DNA of 64,000 nucleotides, taken from positions 259 to 64,258 of the forward strand of contig JBBDXI010000070.1 of NCBI GenBank assembly GCA_040902425.1, read 5' to 3'. The notes beneath the pieces were generated by a model. That model saw nothing but the letters and a program-made list of their open reading frames with translations, made no database searches and was not told the origin of the DNA. This document shows, piece after piece, positions 56,841 to 64,000 of this stretch. Position 1 is the first letter of the stretch. Every line of letters starts with the position of its first letter. This DNA comes from Phycisphaerales bacterium. Lineage in GTDB: Bacteria > Planctomycetota > Phycisphaerae > Phycisphaerales > UBA1924. A program made the translations under genes and the position numbers.

Positions 56841-57858
56841 CCAGCAGGGGGCGGCCGGCGACCGACGCCGAGCGCGTCGGGATCCCTGACCAGATGTTGA
56901 AGAAGGACCAGAAGTCCATCTGGCGCGAGGCGAACAGCACGCGGCCGCTGGGCGAGACAGCGAGGGGGATCCCGGCGGGAGCGAGCGGGATCGACTCGAT
57001 CGTGAAGCGCCCGCCGTCGTGCAGCTCAACGCGGACCCACCGGCGATCGCGGAGAGCGCAGAAGGCGGGGCTGTCGTGCCACGAGACGTGCAAGGGTTCG
57101 ATCGCCCCAAGGTCGTGCGCGGCCGGGCTGGCCTCGGTCAGGTCGAAGAACCATGCTCCCCACTCGCCTTCAGTTGTCACGCCCGAGAGCACGACGAAAC
57201 GCTCCCGGAGGAAGAGGAGCCCGTGCGAGCCGCTGTACTGGCGCGGCGCGGGTTGGAGGGTGCGCTCCGGCCGCAGTTCGCCGCCCGAAAGCCGCCCGAT
57301 CTCAACGCCGTTCCTGATCGCGGCGTAGCGGCTCGTGGGGCCGACGAGGATGGAGCCCATGCGCTCGGGGAGCGCAATCCTAAGGGACGGGTCCCGGGCA
57401 TCGACGATGAAATGCCCTCCGGCGCTGCGGATCTGCAGGTGCCGGGGGCCGATGAACTCGCTGGACTCGGAGTCCTCGATGAGAAACGCCTCGCTCGGTT
57501 GGTGCCAGTCGGGCCAGACCCAGGTGCCCTTCGCGCTGGGGCCGGGGGCGCGGTCGGCGGTCAGTACAACCCCGTCCGACGAAGGGCTGGGGCGAACAGC
57601 GGCCCTCGATCGCAGTTCCTGCTCAAGAGCGCTGACCAGTCGGCGGGCCTCCTCGGGCAACTGGTCTTGCTGAAAAACAAGGCCCTTGGGGTGAAGCCCG
57701 ATCCCGTCCTGTGCGACCACCGCTTCGCACTCTGGCACGGGCAGATCGCGGCTGACGGAGGCGTAGAAGTCGCCCGATCGCCTGATGCAGCCGCAGGTCA
57801 GGAAGAGCCCGATCAGGGTCAGGTGAGCGAAACGGATCATTGGGGATGCGGGGTCCAT
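56659..57858 (-). CDS. Hypothetical exported protein; C-terminal ~40 codons read antisense through the thioredoxin remnant
   Basis: It starts at ATG 57858 or 57840 ([18 protein letters not shown], signal-like). I recognise no domains. The Pro/Ala/Arg-rich tail coincides with the trx overlap. Confidence 0.5.
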   Translation of the reverse strand: MDPASPMIRFAHLTLIGLFLTCGCIRRSGDFYASVSRDLPVPECEAVVAQDGIGLHPKGLVFQQDQLPEEARRLVSALEQELRSRAAVRPSPSSDGVVLTADRAPGPSAKGTWVWPDWHQPSEAFLIEDSESSEFIGPRHLQIRSAGGHFIVDARDPSLRIALPERMGSILVGPTSRYAAIRNGVEIGRLSGGELRPERTLQPAPRQYSGSHGLLFLRERFVVLSGVTTEGEWGAWFFDLTEASPAAHDLGAIEPLHVSWHDSPAFCALRDRRWVRVELHDGGRFTIESIPLAPAGIPLAVSPSGRVLFASRQMDFWSFFNIWSGIPTRSASVAGRPLLVTTGPPAVHDWAGGYWLSWDAPGGPPARSSGTAGTTAPRSPPAPAPPTAPPRPRTSRRSP

Positions 57859-58311
57859 GGGGCGGATGCTCGGGGGGTGGCGGGCTCTCGGTCAGATACG
57901 CAACAAGCCGTCCGCTCCGGCGTGGCACGAAGGAAAGCAATTGTACAGGTTGACCGTCGGGGGCGGTCCGCCGTTGGGCGTGGCGACCCGCCGCGGGGTG
58001 ATGCGCGTTCGTGGGAGGGGCGCGGGTACGCGTGATCCGCCCCAAAGAGCACCGGCCGCCCAGAGCTGCGGCCGGTGGCACGTTCAGCGGCGAGGGCTGT
58101 CGTGGTGGGTGGGTTGCCGCCGCATCCGGGAGCAACGGTCTTCCAGATCGCGCGGTGGCTCCACCCGGTGGGGCGCGGGAGGGGCCGGGGCGCGGTGGCT
58201 TATGAGGGCAAACTCAGTTGTGATTCACCGGGGGCGCAGGGATTGGGCGTACTAACCCGTGTGGAGCACGGAGTGGTTCGGAGTGGTGGCGCGTTCATGG
58301 AGGGGCACACA

Positions 58312-58752
58312 ATGAGAGCTTGGACAGCAGGATGCCTGGTGGTGGTGGCGGTCGCGGGCTCGACGTTGAGCGGTTGTAACAGACGCACGGTCGTGGTGGA
58401 ACGGCCGACGCGGGAGGTGGTGGTCCAGCCGGCGCCGGCACGGGAGGTGATCGTTCACCAGCAGCCCGCGCCGACGCGCGAGGTCATCGTGACCACGCCG
58501 CCGGCGACCGTGACCCGCGAGATCGTGGTGGTGCAGCCGTCGCCGCCGCCCCCGCCGCCGAACGAGTTTATCGCACCGAACCCCGGCCCGGACTACGTCT
58601 GGGTCGAGGGCTCGTACGAGTGGCGCAACGGCCGCTGGGAATGGACGCCCGGCCGCTGGATGCGCCCCTCGGGCTCCGGCGCGACGTGGGTGCGCGGGCA
58701 CTGGGACCGGGTGGATGGCGGGTACGTGTGGGTGCCGGGGCACTGGCAGTAG
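58312..58752 (+). CDS. Lipoprotein with YxWxxGxW repeats
   Basis: The signal plus lipobox is MRAWTAGCLVVVAVAGSTLSGC. The C-terminus is YVWVEGSYEWRNGRWEWTPGRW...WVRGHWDRVDGGYVWVPGHW. Confidence 0.75.
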   Translation: MRAWTAGCLVVVAVAGSTLSGCNRRTVVVERPTREVVVQPAPAREVIVHQQPAPTREVIVTTPPATVTREIVVVQPSPPPPPPNEFIAPNPGPDYVWVEGSYEWRNGRWEWTPGRWMRPSGSGATWVRGHWDRVDGGYVWVPGHWQ

Positions 58753-58771
58753 AAAGTCTGGTGGAGCGGGA

Positions 58772-58812
58772 GCACTGCTGCGCGGCGAGGACGCCGCGAG
58801 CAGTGGCACCCG
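58772..58812. repeat. 41-nt intergenic palindromic (REP-like) element, copy 2
   Basis: GCACTGCTGCGCGGCGAGGACGCCGCGAGCAGTGGCACCCG matches 5599-5639 at 40 of 41 positions. Confidence 0.65.
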
Positions 58813-58836
58813 ACGCGAGGACAAGCCGAGGGGGAA

Positions 58837-59472
58837 TCAGGGCCGGATCGACCGGCCCTTTTTCTTCTGGTGCAGCTTGGGCGTGACGTGGAAGATCGCC
58901 ACGCACTTGCCGACGCGCCGCTCGCGGCCGGTCTTCTTGCCCTTGCCGATCTGCTGGACGATGTCGAGCTCGAGGGTGACGTTGAACTCGCCGCCGGCGG
59001 CCTTGAGGGCCTCGACATCCTCCCGCGGCTGGATGCGGTAGAGGGCGGGGCCGAGGCAGGGGCGGAGGAACTTGTACTCCAGGTGCTTGCAGACCACCGT
59101 GTAGTCGCCGCCGCAGACGCCGAAGACGTACATGCCGCCGGCGACCTCGGAGTTGGCCAGGAGGGCGGCGCCGGCCATGGCGTTGTACCAGTTGCGGTTG
59201 AAGCGGCGGAAGGGGAGGACGGCGGAGAAGGTGTCAGCGCCGAGGCGCTTCATGCGGATGCCGCTCTTGAAGGCGTAGGGGAGCCAGAAGAGGGACGCGA
59301 CCCGGTGCCAGAAGTTGTTGCGGGCGGCCAGCCGGCTGCCGTAGGCGTCGAGGCGGTCGATCATCGAGCGCTTCGGCTTCTGCCCCGCCACAGGCCGCGG
59401 ACCGGCCCCGGGCGCAGACGGCGGCGCCGGCGCGGCCGGCCTGTCATCTCCGGGGATGGCGGCTTGACTCAA
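58837..59472 (-). CDS. Hotdog-fold thioesterase-like protein (DUF4442-like)
   Basis: The TTG start at 59472 is preceded by AAGGAG (59484-59479) with a 6-nt spacer. The segment RNWYNAMAGAALLANSEVAGG resembles the DUF4442/PaaI-like core. The family call is from memory. Confidence 0.5.
   Translation of the reverse strand: MSQAAIPGDDRPAAPAPPSAPGAGPRPVAGQKPKRSMIDRLDAYGSRLAARNNFWHRVASLFWLPYAFKSGIRMKRLGADTFSAVLPFRRFNRNWYNAMAGAALLANSEVAGGMYVFGVCGGDYTVVCKHLEYKFLRPCLGPALYRIQPREDVEALKAAGGEFNVTLELDIVQQIGKGKKTGRERRVGKCVAIFHVTPKLHQKKKGRSIRP
58840..58866 (+). terminator. Rho-independent terminator
   Basis: GGGCCGG, loop ATCGA, CCGGCCC, then TTTTTCTT. It overlaps the last codons of the convergent gene. Confidence 0.65.
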
Positions 59473-59535
59473 ACGGCGCTCCTTGCGCGGGACATGCCGA
59501 TCATAGGGAACCGCGCCCGCGGCGTTCAGGCGGGG

Positions 59536-60552
59536 TCAGGCGTCTTCAGCGCGGACGAGGTCGTACCAGCCCTTGTCGTTCCGTCTCGCCCGCTGGAGGG
59601 GGTGGCCGGGCTCGTGGTCGAGGGCGAGGAGCCAGTCGCCCGCGGCCGCGGCGTCGAGGAACCAGCGGCGGGTGACCATGCTCGTGTAGGGCTCGACGTC
59701 GTAGCCGAGGCTGTAGGCGGCGCCGAGGTGGGCGACGGTGGGCATGACATCGGGGACGAAGACGACGGTGCGGCCGCGGGTGTCGGTGAACTTGACGGCC
59801 TGCTGTCCCCAGGTGTGGCCGGGGGCGAGGAAGACGGAGATGCCGGGGAGGACCTCGGTCTCGCGCTGCTCGAGGGAGAGGAGAGGGAGTTCGTCGCGGT
59901 CGGGCGTGTAGCCGGTGGGGAAGGGGCGGGGGGAATCGACCTTGCGGATCTGGCCGGCGAGGGGCTCGAGGTGGTCGCGGAAGTAGGTGCGGGTCATGAC
60001 GGAGCGGTTGGCGAGGGCGTCGGCCCACTCGCGCTCCTGGGTGTGGATGGTGGCGCTCGGGAAGGTGAGTTTGACGCCGTGGGGTGTTCCTGCGCAGCTG
60101 GGGCCGACCCAGTCGGGCTTCTCGCCGGGGCGGGCGAGGCGGGTGAGGCCGCCGGCGTGGTCGAAGTGGAGGTGCGTGACGATGGCGGCGCCGATGTCCT
60201 GCGGCTTGCAGTCGGCCTCGTGCAGGGCGGTGAGGATGGAGCGGTCTTCGAGCTCGAAGATGTCGCGGCTCTTGGGGTCGAGCTTGTCGCCGGTGCCGGT
60301 TTCGATGAGGACGAGTTTCGGGGAGTGCGGCGGGGGCTGCCCGGCCGCGGGCGCTGCGGGCTCGGGCCCCGCCCGCTCCAGCAGCAGGCAGTTGTGCTGG
60401 ACGGCGATCCGGCCGCGGTCGTCGGGGGTGACGGCGCGGCTCCAGACGGCGCGGGGGACGAGGCCGAACATGGAACCGCCGTCGAGCTTGAAGCGGCCGG
60501 CGCGGAGGAGTCGCCAGGAATAGGTTGTTGGCGGTTGGGGCGGCGGGGGCAT
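59536..60552 (-). CDS. MBL-fold metallo-hydrolase
   Basis: Contains THLHFDHAGG (HxHxDH). The start at ATG 60552 (MPPPPQPP) is chosen because the upstream part of the track ORF is R/P-rich. Confidence 0.8.
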   Translation of the reverse strand: MPPPPQPPTTYSWRLLRAGRFKLDGGSMFGLVPRAVWSRAVTPDDRGRIAVQHNCLLLERAGPEPAAPAAGQPPPHSPKLVLIETGTGDKLDPKSRDIFELEDRSILTALHEADCKPQDIGAAIVTHLHFDHAGGLTRLARPGEKPDWVGPSCAGTPHGVKLTFPSATIHTQEREWADALANRSVMTRTYFRDHLEPLAGQIRKVDSPRPFPTGYTPDRDELPLLSLEQRETEVLPGISVFLAPGHTWGQQAVKFTDTRGRTVVFVPDVMPTVAHLGAAYSLGYDVEPYTSMVTRRWFLDAAAAGDWLLALDHEPGHPLQRARRNDKGWYDLVRAEDA

Positions 60553-60683
60553 GCGGCCAAGGGTAGCGGCGGCCGATACTGTGGGGTGCGTGCGCGCGGA
60601 GGAGAAGGCCCCCTCCGGCCTTGCTTCGCTCGGCCACCTCCCCCGCCCAGAGCGGCGGGGGAGGGGCATGGCAAGGAGCCGGC

Positions 60684-61904
60684 GTGAATCAGCCCTACGA
60701 CATCGCGGTCATCGGCGGCGGCCTGGTGGGGCTGGGGACCGCCCTCGGTCTGCTCGCGCGACCCGACCGGCCGCGGCGGCTGGTGGTGCTGGAGGCGGAG
60801 CCGGAGGTGGCGGCGCACCAGAGCGGGCACAACAGCGGCGTGATCCACGCGGGGCTGTACTACAAGCCGGGGTCGTTGAAGGCGACGCTGTGCGCGGCGG
60901 GGCGGGAGGAGATGTTCGAGTTCTGCGCGCGGCACGGGGTGCGGCACGAGCGGTGCGGGAAGCTGGTGGTGGCGACGGAGGCGGCGGAGGTTCCGAAGCT
61001 GGATGAGCTGGAGCGGCGGGGGGCCGCCAACGGCATCGAGGGGATCCGGCGGCTGGGGGCGGGGGAGATCCGGGAGCGGGAGCCGCACTGCGCGGGGGTG
61101 GCCGGGCTGCTCATCGGGGCGACGGGGATCGCGGACTATCCGGCGGTGGCGCGGGCGATGGTGGGGGAGATTGCGACTGCCGGGGGCGAGGTCCGCACCG
61201 GGGCCGGCGTTCGCCGTGCGCGGCGTGTCGGGGGCCAGTGGGTGCTCGGCACGGACGCGGGGGAGGTCCGGTGCACGGCGGCGGTGAACTGCGCCGGCGT
61301 GTACAGCGACCGCATCGCCCGCCTCTTCGGGGTCCGATCACCGGTCCGGATCGTGCCGTTCCGCGGGGAGTACCACGAGCTGCGGCCGGACCGGCGGTTC
61401 CTGGTGAGGCACCTGATCTATCCGGTGCCGAACCCGGAGCTGCCGTTTCTGGGCGTGCACTTCACGCGGCGCGTCGATGGGACGATCGAGGCGGGACCGA
61501 ACGCGGTGCTGGCGCTGGCGCGGCACGGGTATTCGTGGGGGCGGGTTTCGCTCAGCGAGGCGGCGCGGCTGGCGATCGACCCGGCGGTGTGGAAGATGGG
61601 GCGGCGCTTCTGGCGGGTGGGGATCATGGAGGTGCGGCGGTCGCTGTCGCGGGCACGGCTGGCGGCGGATCTGCGGAAGCTGATCCCGGAGGTGCGGGAG
61701 GGGGACCTGGTTCCGGCGGGGTCGGGGGTGCGGGCACAGGCGGTGGATGATGAGGGGCGGCTGGTGGATGACTTCCGGATTGAGTATCTGGAGGGGAGTG
61801 TGCACGTGCTGAATGCGCCATCGCCGGGGGCGACGGCGTCGCTGGCGATCGGGCGGGCGATCGCGGAGCGGGTGGCGGGGGCGGGGGCGAGCGCCGTGTC
61901 GTGA
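60684..61904 (+). CDS. lhgO: L-2-hydroxyglutarate oxidase/dehydrogenase (FAD)
   Basis: Contains YDIAVIGGGLVG, GHNSGVIHAGLYYKPGSLKA, PFRGEY, IYPVPNPELPFLGVHFTR, SGVRAQAV and NAPSPGATAS. This closely follows the E. coli LhgO pattern as I recall it. Confidence 0.88.
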   Translation: MNQPYDIAVIGGGLVGLGTALGLLARPDRPRRLVVLEAEPEVAAHQSGHNSGVIHAGLYYKPGSLKATLCAAGREEMFEFCARHGVRHERCGKLVVATEAAEVPKLDELERRGAANGIEGIRRLGAGEIREREPHCAGVAGLLIGATGIADYPAVARAMVGEIATAGGEVRTGAGVRRARRVGGQWVLGTDAGEVRCTAAVNCAGVYSDRIARLFGVRSPVRIVPFRGEYHELRPDRRFLVRHLIYPVPNPELPFLGVHFTRRVDGTIEAGPNAVLALARHGYSWGRVSLSEAARLAIDPAVWKMGRRFWRVGIMEVRRSLSRARLAADLRKLIPEVREGDLVPAGSGVRAQAVDDEGRLVDDFRIEYLEGSVHVLNAPSPGATASLAIGRAIAERVAGAGASAVS

Positions 61905-62051
61905 GGCTGGTCGGAATGCACGGGCTACTCGCACCCCTTCGGGTGCGCGCCGATTGTGGGCGGGCTCCGGGGGTCGCGCTCGGCTGCGCCTCGCTTGACC
62001 CCCGGCTACTCACTGTCAGCCTTTCAGGCTGTCGGACCACCAGTCCGCCTT

Positions 62052-62948
62052 TCAGGCTGTCGGGCCCGATTCGCCCTTCTTCACGATGAACAGTTCTTCC
62101 TTCTTCACGATGAACAGGTAGTTGAACCCGCGCAGGAAGAAGTTGCCTTCTTCGGCGGCCTTCCGCCAGTTGCCGCGCTCCAGTTTCTGGTTCTGGCGGA
62201 CCACGGCGATGATATCGATGGGCTTGAAGCGCGCCCGCAGCAGGGCGAAGAGCTCGAAGCCGATGGGCATGAACACCCCGGCCCCGCTCCCCGGGTCGCC
62301 GCCCTTGCGCTTCCGCCACGAGTCGCTGACGTAGAGGGCCATGTAGCGGCGGTTCTTCAGGATTCGGTGGCACTCGGCGATGACGCGGTCCATCGCTTCG
62401 TAGTAGCCGCGCCCCCCGTCCTCGCCTCCCCCGGCGTCGAGGCGGCCGATGTCCCGCGGGTCGTCGGAGTACTTGATGTGCGTCGAGTAGGGGGGGTCGA
62501 TGAAGACGAAGTCGGCCTTGCCATCCTCGACGGGGAGCGTGCGGGCGTCGGCCCGGAAGATGTCCTCTCGGCTGGGGGTGAGGTCGTAGCCGAGCGCCCG
62601 GCGCTTGAGGTCGCGGGCGACATCCAGCGTCGTGCCGCTGCCGGCCATCGGGTCGACAATCAGGTCGCCCTCGCGGGTGTAACGGGTGAGCAACTGCCAG
62701 ATGACCCAGCTTGGCGTGGCCCCGGCGTAGTCCTTGCTGCCCTGCATGGAACTGCGGCGGCCGTTCACATCGAGGTCGTAGTGCTGGCTGGGGTATTCCC
62801 AGAGGGTGGTCGTGAACACGCGAAGGGGGGGCTTGGCGAACCGGCGCAGTGGGCCGCCGCCGCCCCCCCCGCCGCCCGCGCCCCCCGCGCCGGCCGGGCG
62901 CGGCCCGGGGCGCCCCTCGCGCTGCGCTCGCGGCCGGTCCTCTCTCAT
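62052..62948 (-). CDS. DPPY-motif SAM-dependent methyltransferase (N6/N4 DNA-methylase-like; substrate uncertain)
   Basis: Motif I is DPMAGSGTT, followed about 45 aa later by FIDPPYS. ATG 62948 overlaps the nrnA stop (ATGA). The N-terminal 30 aa are Gly/Arg-rich. Confidence 0.75.
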   Translation of the reverse strand: MREDRPRAQREGRPGPRPAGAGGAGGGGGGGGPLRRFAKPPLRVFTTTLWEYPSQHYDLDVNGRRSSMQGSKDYAGATPSWVIWQLLTRYTREGDLIVDPMAGSGTTLDVARDLKRRALGYDLTPSREDIFRADARTLPVEDGKADFVFIDPPYSTHIKYSDDPRDIGRLDAGGGEDGGRGYYEAMDRVIAECHRILKNRRYMALYVSDSWRKRKGGDPGSGAGVFMPIGFELFALLRARFKPIDIIAVVRQNQKLERGNWRKAAEEGNFFLRGFNYLFIVKKEELFIVKKGESGPTA

Positions 62949-63979
62949 CGCGCCCGCCCGCCTGAGGCCGCGGCCCTTTCTGCCAGGACCGCCTCGATCA
63001 CTCTCGCGCGCGTGGTCGCGAGGTCCGCCGAGACCTTGGCGCCCGCGGCGCGGATGTGGCCGCCGCCGCCGAGCCGACCGGCGATGGCGTTGACATCCGG
63101 GGCGTCCGGCCCGCTTTTGCTGCGCAGGCTCACCTTGGTGATGGGGCTGGCGTCGTGGACGAACGACTCGGTGAGCAGGATGCACACCTGCACGCTGGCC
63201 ACGGTGAGCCCGAGCTGGACGAACCCCCCGGAATCCTGCGGGGCGGCGCGGCTGTCGTGGAAGTCGCTCTGCTTCAGGGTCATCAAGGCCACGGTGTCGC
63301 GCTCCAGGAGTTCCAGGGAGGCCAGTGCGCGGGCCATGAGCCGCAGGCGCGCGGGGCGGTCGCGCTGTTCCGTCAGCTCGTACAGGCGGGCGTGGTTGAC
63401 GCCGGCCTCCAGCAGATCGGCCGCCATCCGCAGCAGGGCGGGCGAGGTGTTGGAGTGCTGGAACCAGCCCGTGTCGGTGGCGAGACCCAGGTAGAGCGGC
63501 TCGGCGATCTCGGCCGGCAGCCCGCCCACCCTCGGGGTGCCCAGGAGCAGGCGGCACAGCTCGGCCGCGGGCTGGCAGACGGCGGCAACCTCAGGCATGA
63601 TCACGCGGCGGGGGGCCACATCGGCGTGGCCCTGGCGGTGGTGGTCGAGCACCGCGGCCATTTCCGTGCGCTTCAGCAGCCACTCGCGGATGTCGTGGAG
63701 CTGCATCCACGAGCCGGTGTCGAGGATCAGGACGCCGTCGGGTTCCTCGGCGTGGTCGTGCTCGGCGCGGTCCTGCTCGGTGATGATGCGGTGGGGGGTG
63801 GCCGCCGCGACGTCGGGGAACCAGTCCGGCAGCGGCCCGAAGTACCAGGGCGTCGCCAGTCCCGGGCGCAGGAGGTTCAGCGCCCGCGTCACGGCCATGG
63901 TCGAGCCGATCGCATCGCCGTCGGGCTTGACGTGCGTGACGATCACGACCCGCCGGCGCGACCTGAGCCATGCCGCCAA
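62945..63979 (-). CDS. nrnA: DHH-family phosphoesterase (NrnA-like oligoribonuclease / pAp phosphatase)
   Basis: Contains VVIVTHVKPDGDAIGS, DHH (LDHHRQGH), GLATDTGWF and GGGGHIRAAG (DHHA1). Confidence 0.85.
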   Translation of the reverse strand: MAAWLRSRRRVVIVTHVKPDGDAIGSTMAVTRALNLLRPGLATPWYFGPLPDWFPDVAAATPHRIITEQDRAEHDHAEEPDGVLILDTGSWMQLHDIREWLLKRTEMAAVLDHHRQGHADVAPRRVIMPEVAAVCQPAAELCRLLLGTPRVGGLPAEIAEPLYLGLATDTGWFQHSNTSPALLRMAADLLEAGVNHARLYELTEQRDRPARLRLMARALASLELLERDTVALMTLKQSDFHDSRAAPQDSGGFVQLGLTVASVQVCILLTESFVHDASPITKVSLRSKSGPDAPDVNAIAGRLGGGGHIRAAGAKVSADLATTRARVIEAVLAERAAASGGRAR

Positions 63980-64000
63980 GGCGGGCAGGTCGGTCGTGGA

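Overview
High-GC (~70%) bacterial chromosomal window. The gene content suggests a Planctomycetota, possibly Phycisphaerae-like, genome: a DUF1559 prepilin-like protein, PEP-CTERM-like and GC-type-dockerin-like C-terminal tails, zinc-ribbon membrane proteins and a LysM-containing dcw fragment. This taxonomic call is inference only. I support about 55 protein genes, 2 tRNAs (Val-GAC, Leu-CAA), several intrinsic terminators and two short palindromic repeat families. Most very long ORFs in the six-frame track are antisense or out-of-frame shadows typical of high-GC DNA; real genes were picked by recognisable protein motifs.

The content is mostly housekeeping:
- otsA plus an otsB-GH15 fusion, and tig
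- ribH-nusB-ftsY
- purQ, mnmA, thiolase, pgi, ppa, hpt, coaE and rho
- class II DAHP synthase plus a complete trpEGDCFBA operon
- sppA, rsmH/ftsL/ftsI, lhgO and nrnA

Main findings:
1. A classical leader-peptide attenuator lies between the DAHP synthase gene and trpE, with tandem Trp codons, a promoter and an intrinsic terminator.
2. A 25-nt palindromic element (CAGTGGCACAGGCGTCCCGCCTGTG and variants) is inserted in frame inside mnmA, pgi (three sites) and a thioredoxin gene. This is reminiscent of Rickettsia palindromic elements.
3. A type III PKS / FAD-oxidoreductase / methyltransferase cassette is fused head-to-tail onto the ribH-nusB-ftsY string.
4. Rho carries a ~205-aa poly-Gly/Pro N-terminal extension.
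5. An HMG-CoA lyase gene is paired with two crotonase paralogs that lack the canonical catalytic Glu residues.
6. A 1006-aa beta-propeller / two-CXXCH protein has two GC-dockerin-like modules.
7. A truncated thioredoxin gene overlaps a convergent gene.
8. A DPPY methyltransferase is translationally coupled to nrnA and has tandem duplications at its 3' end.

No CRISPR array, integrase, transposase or recognisable defence system was seen.
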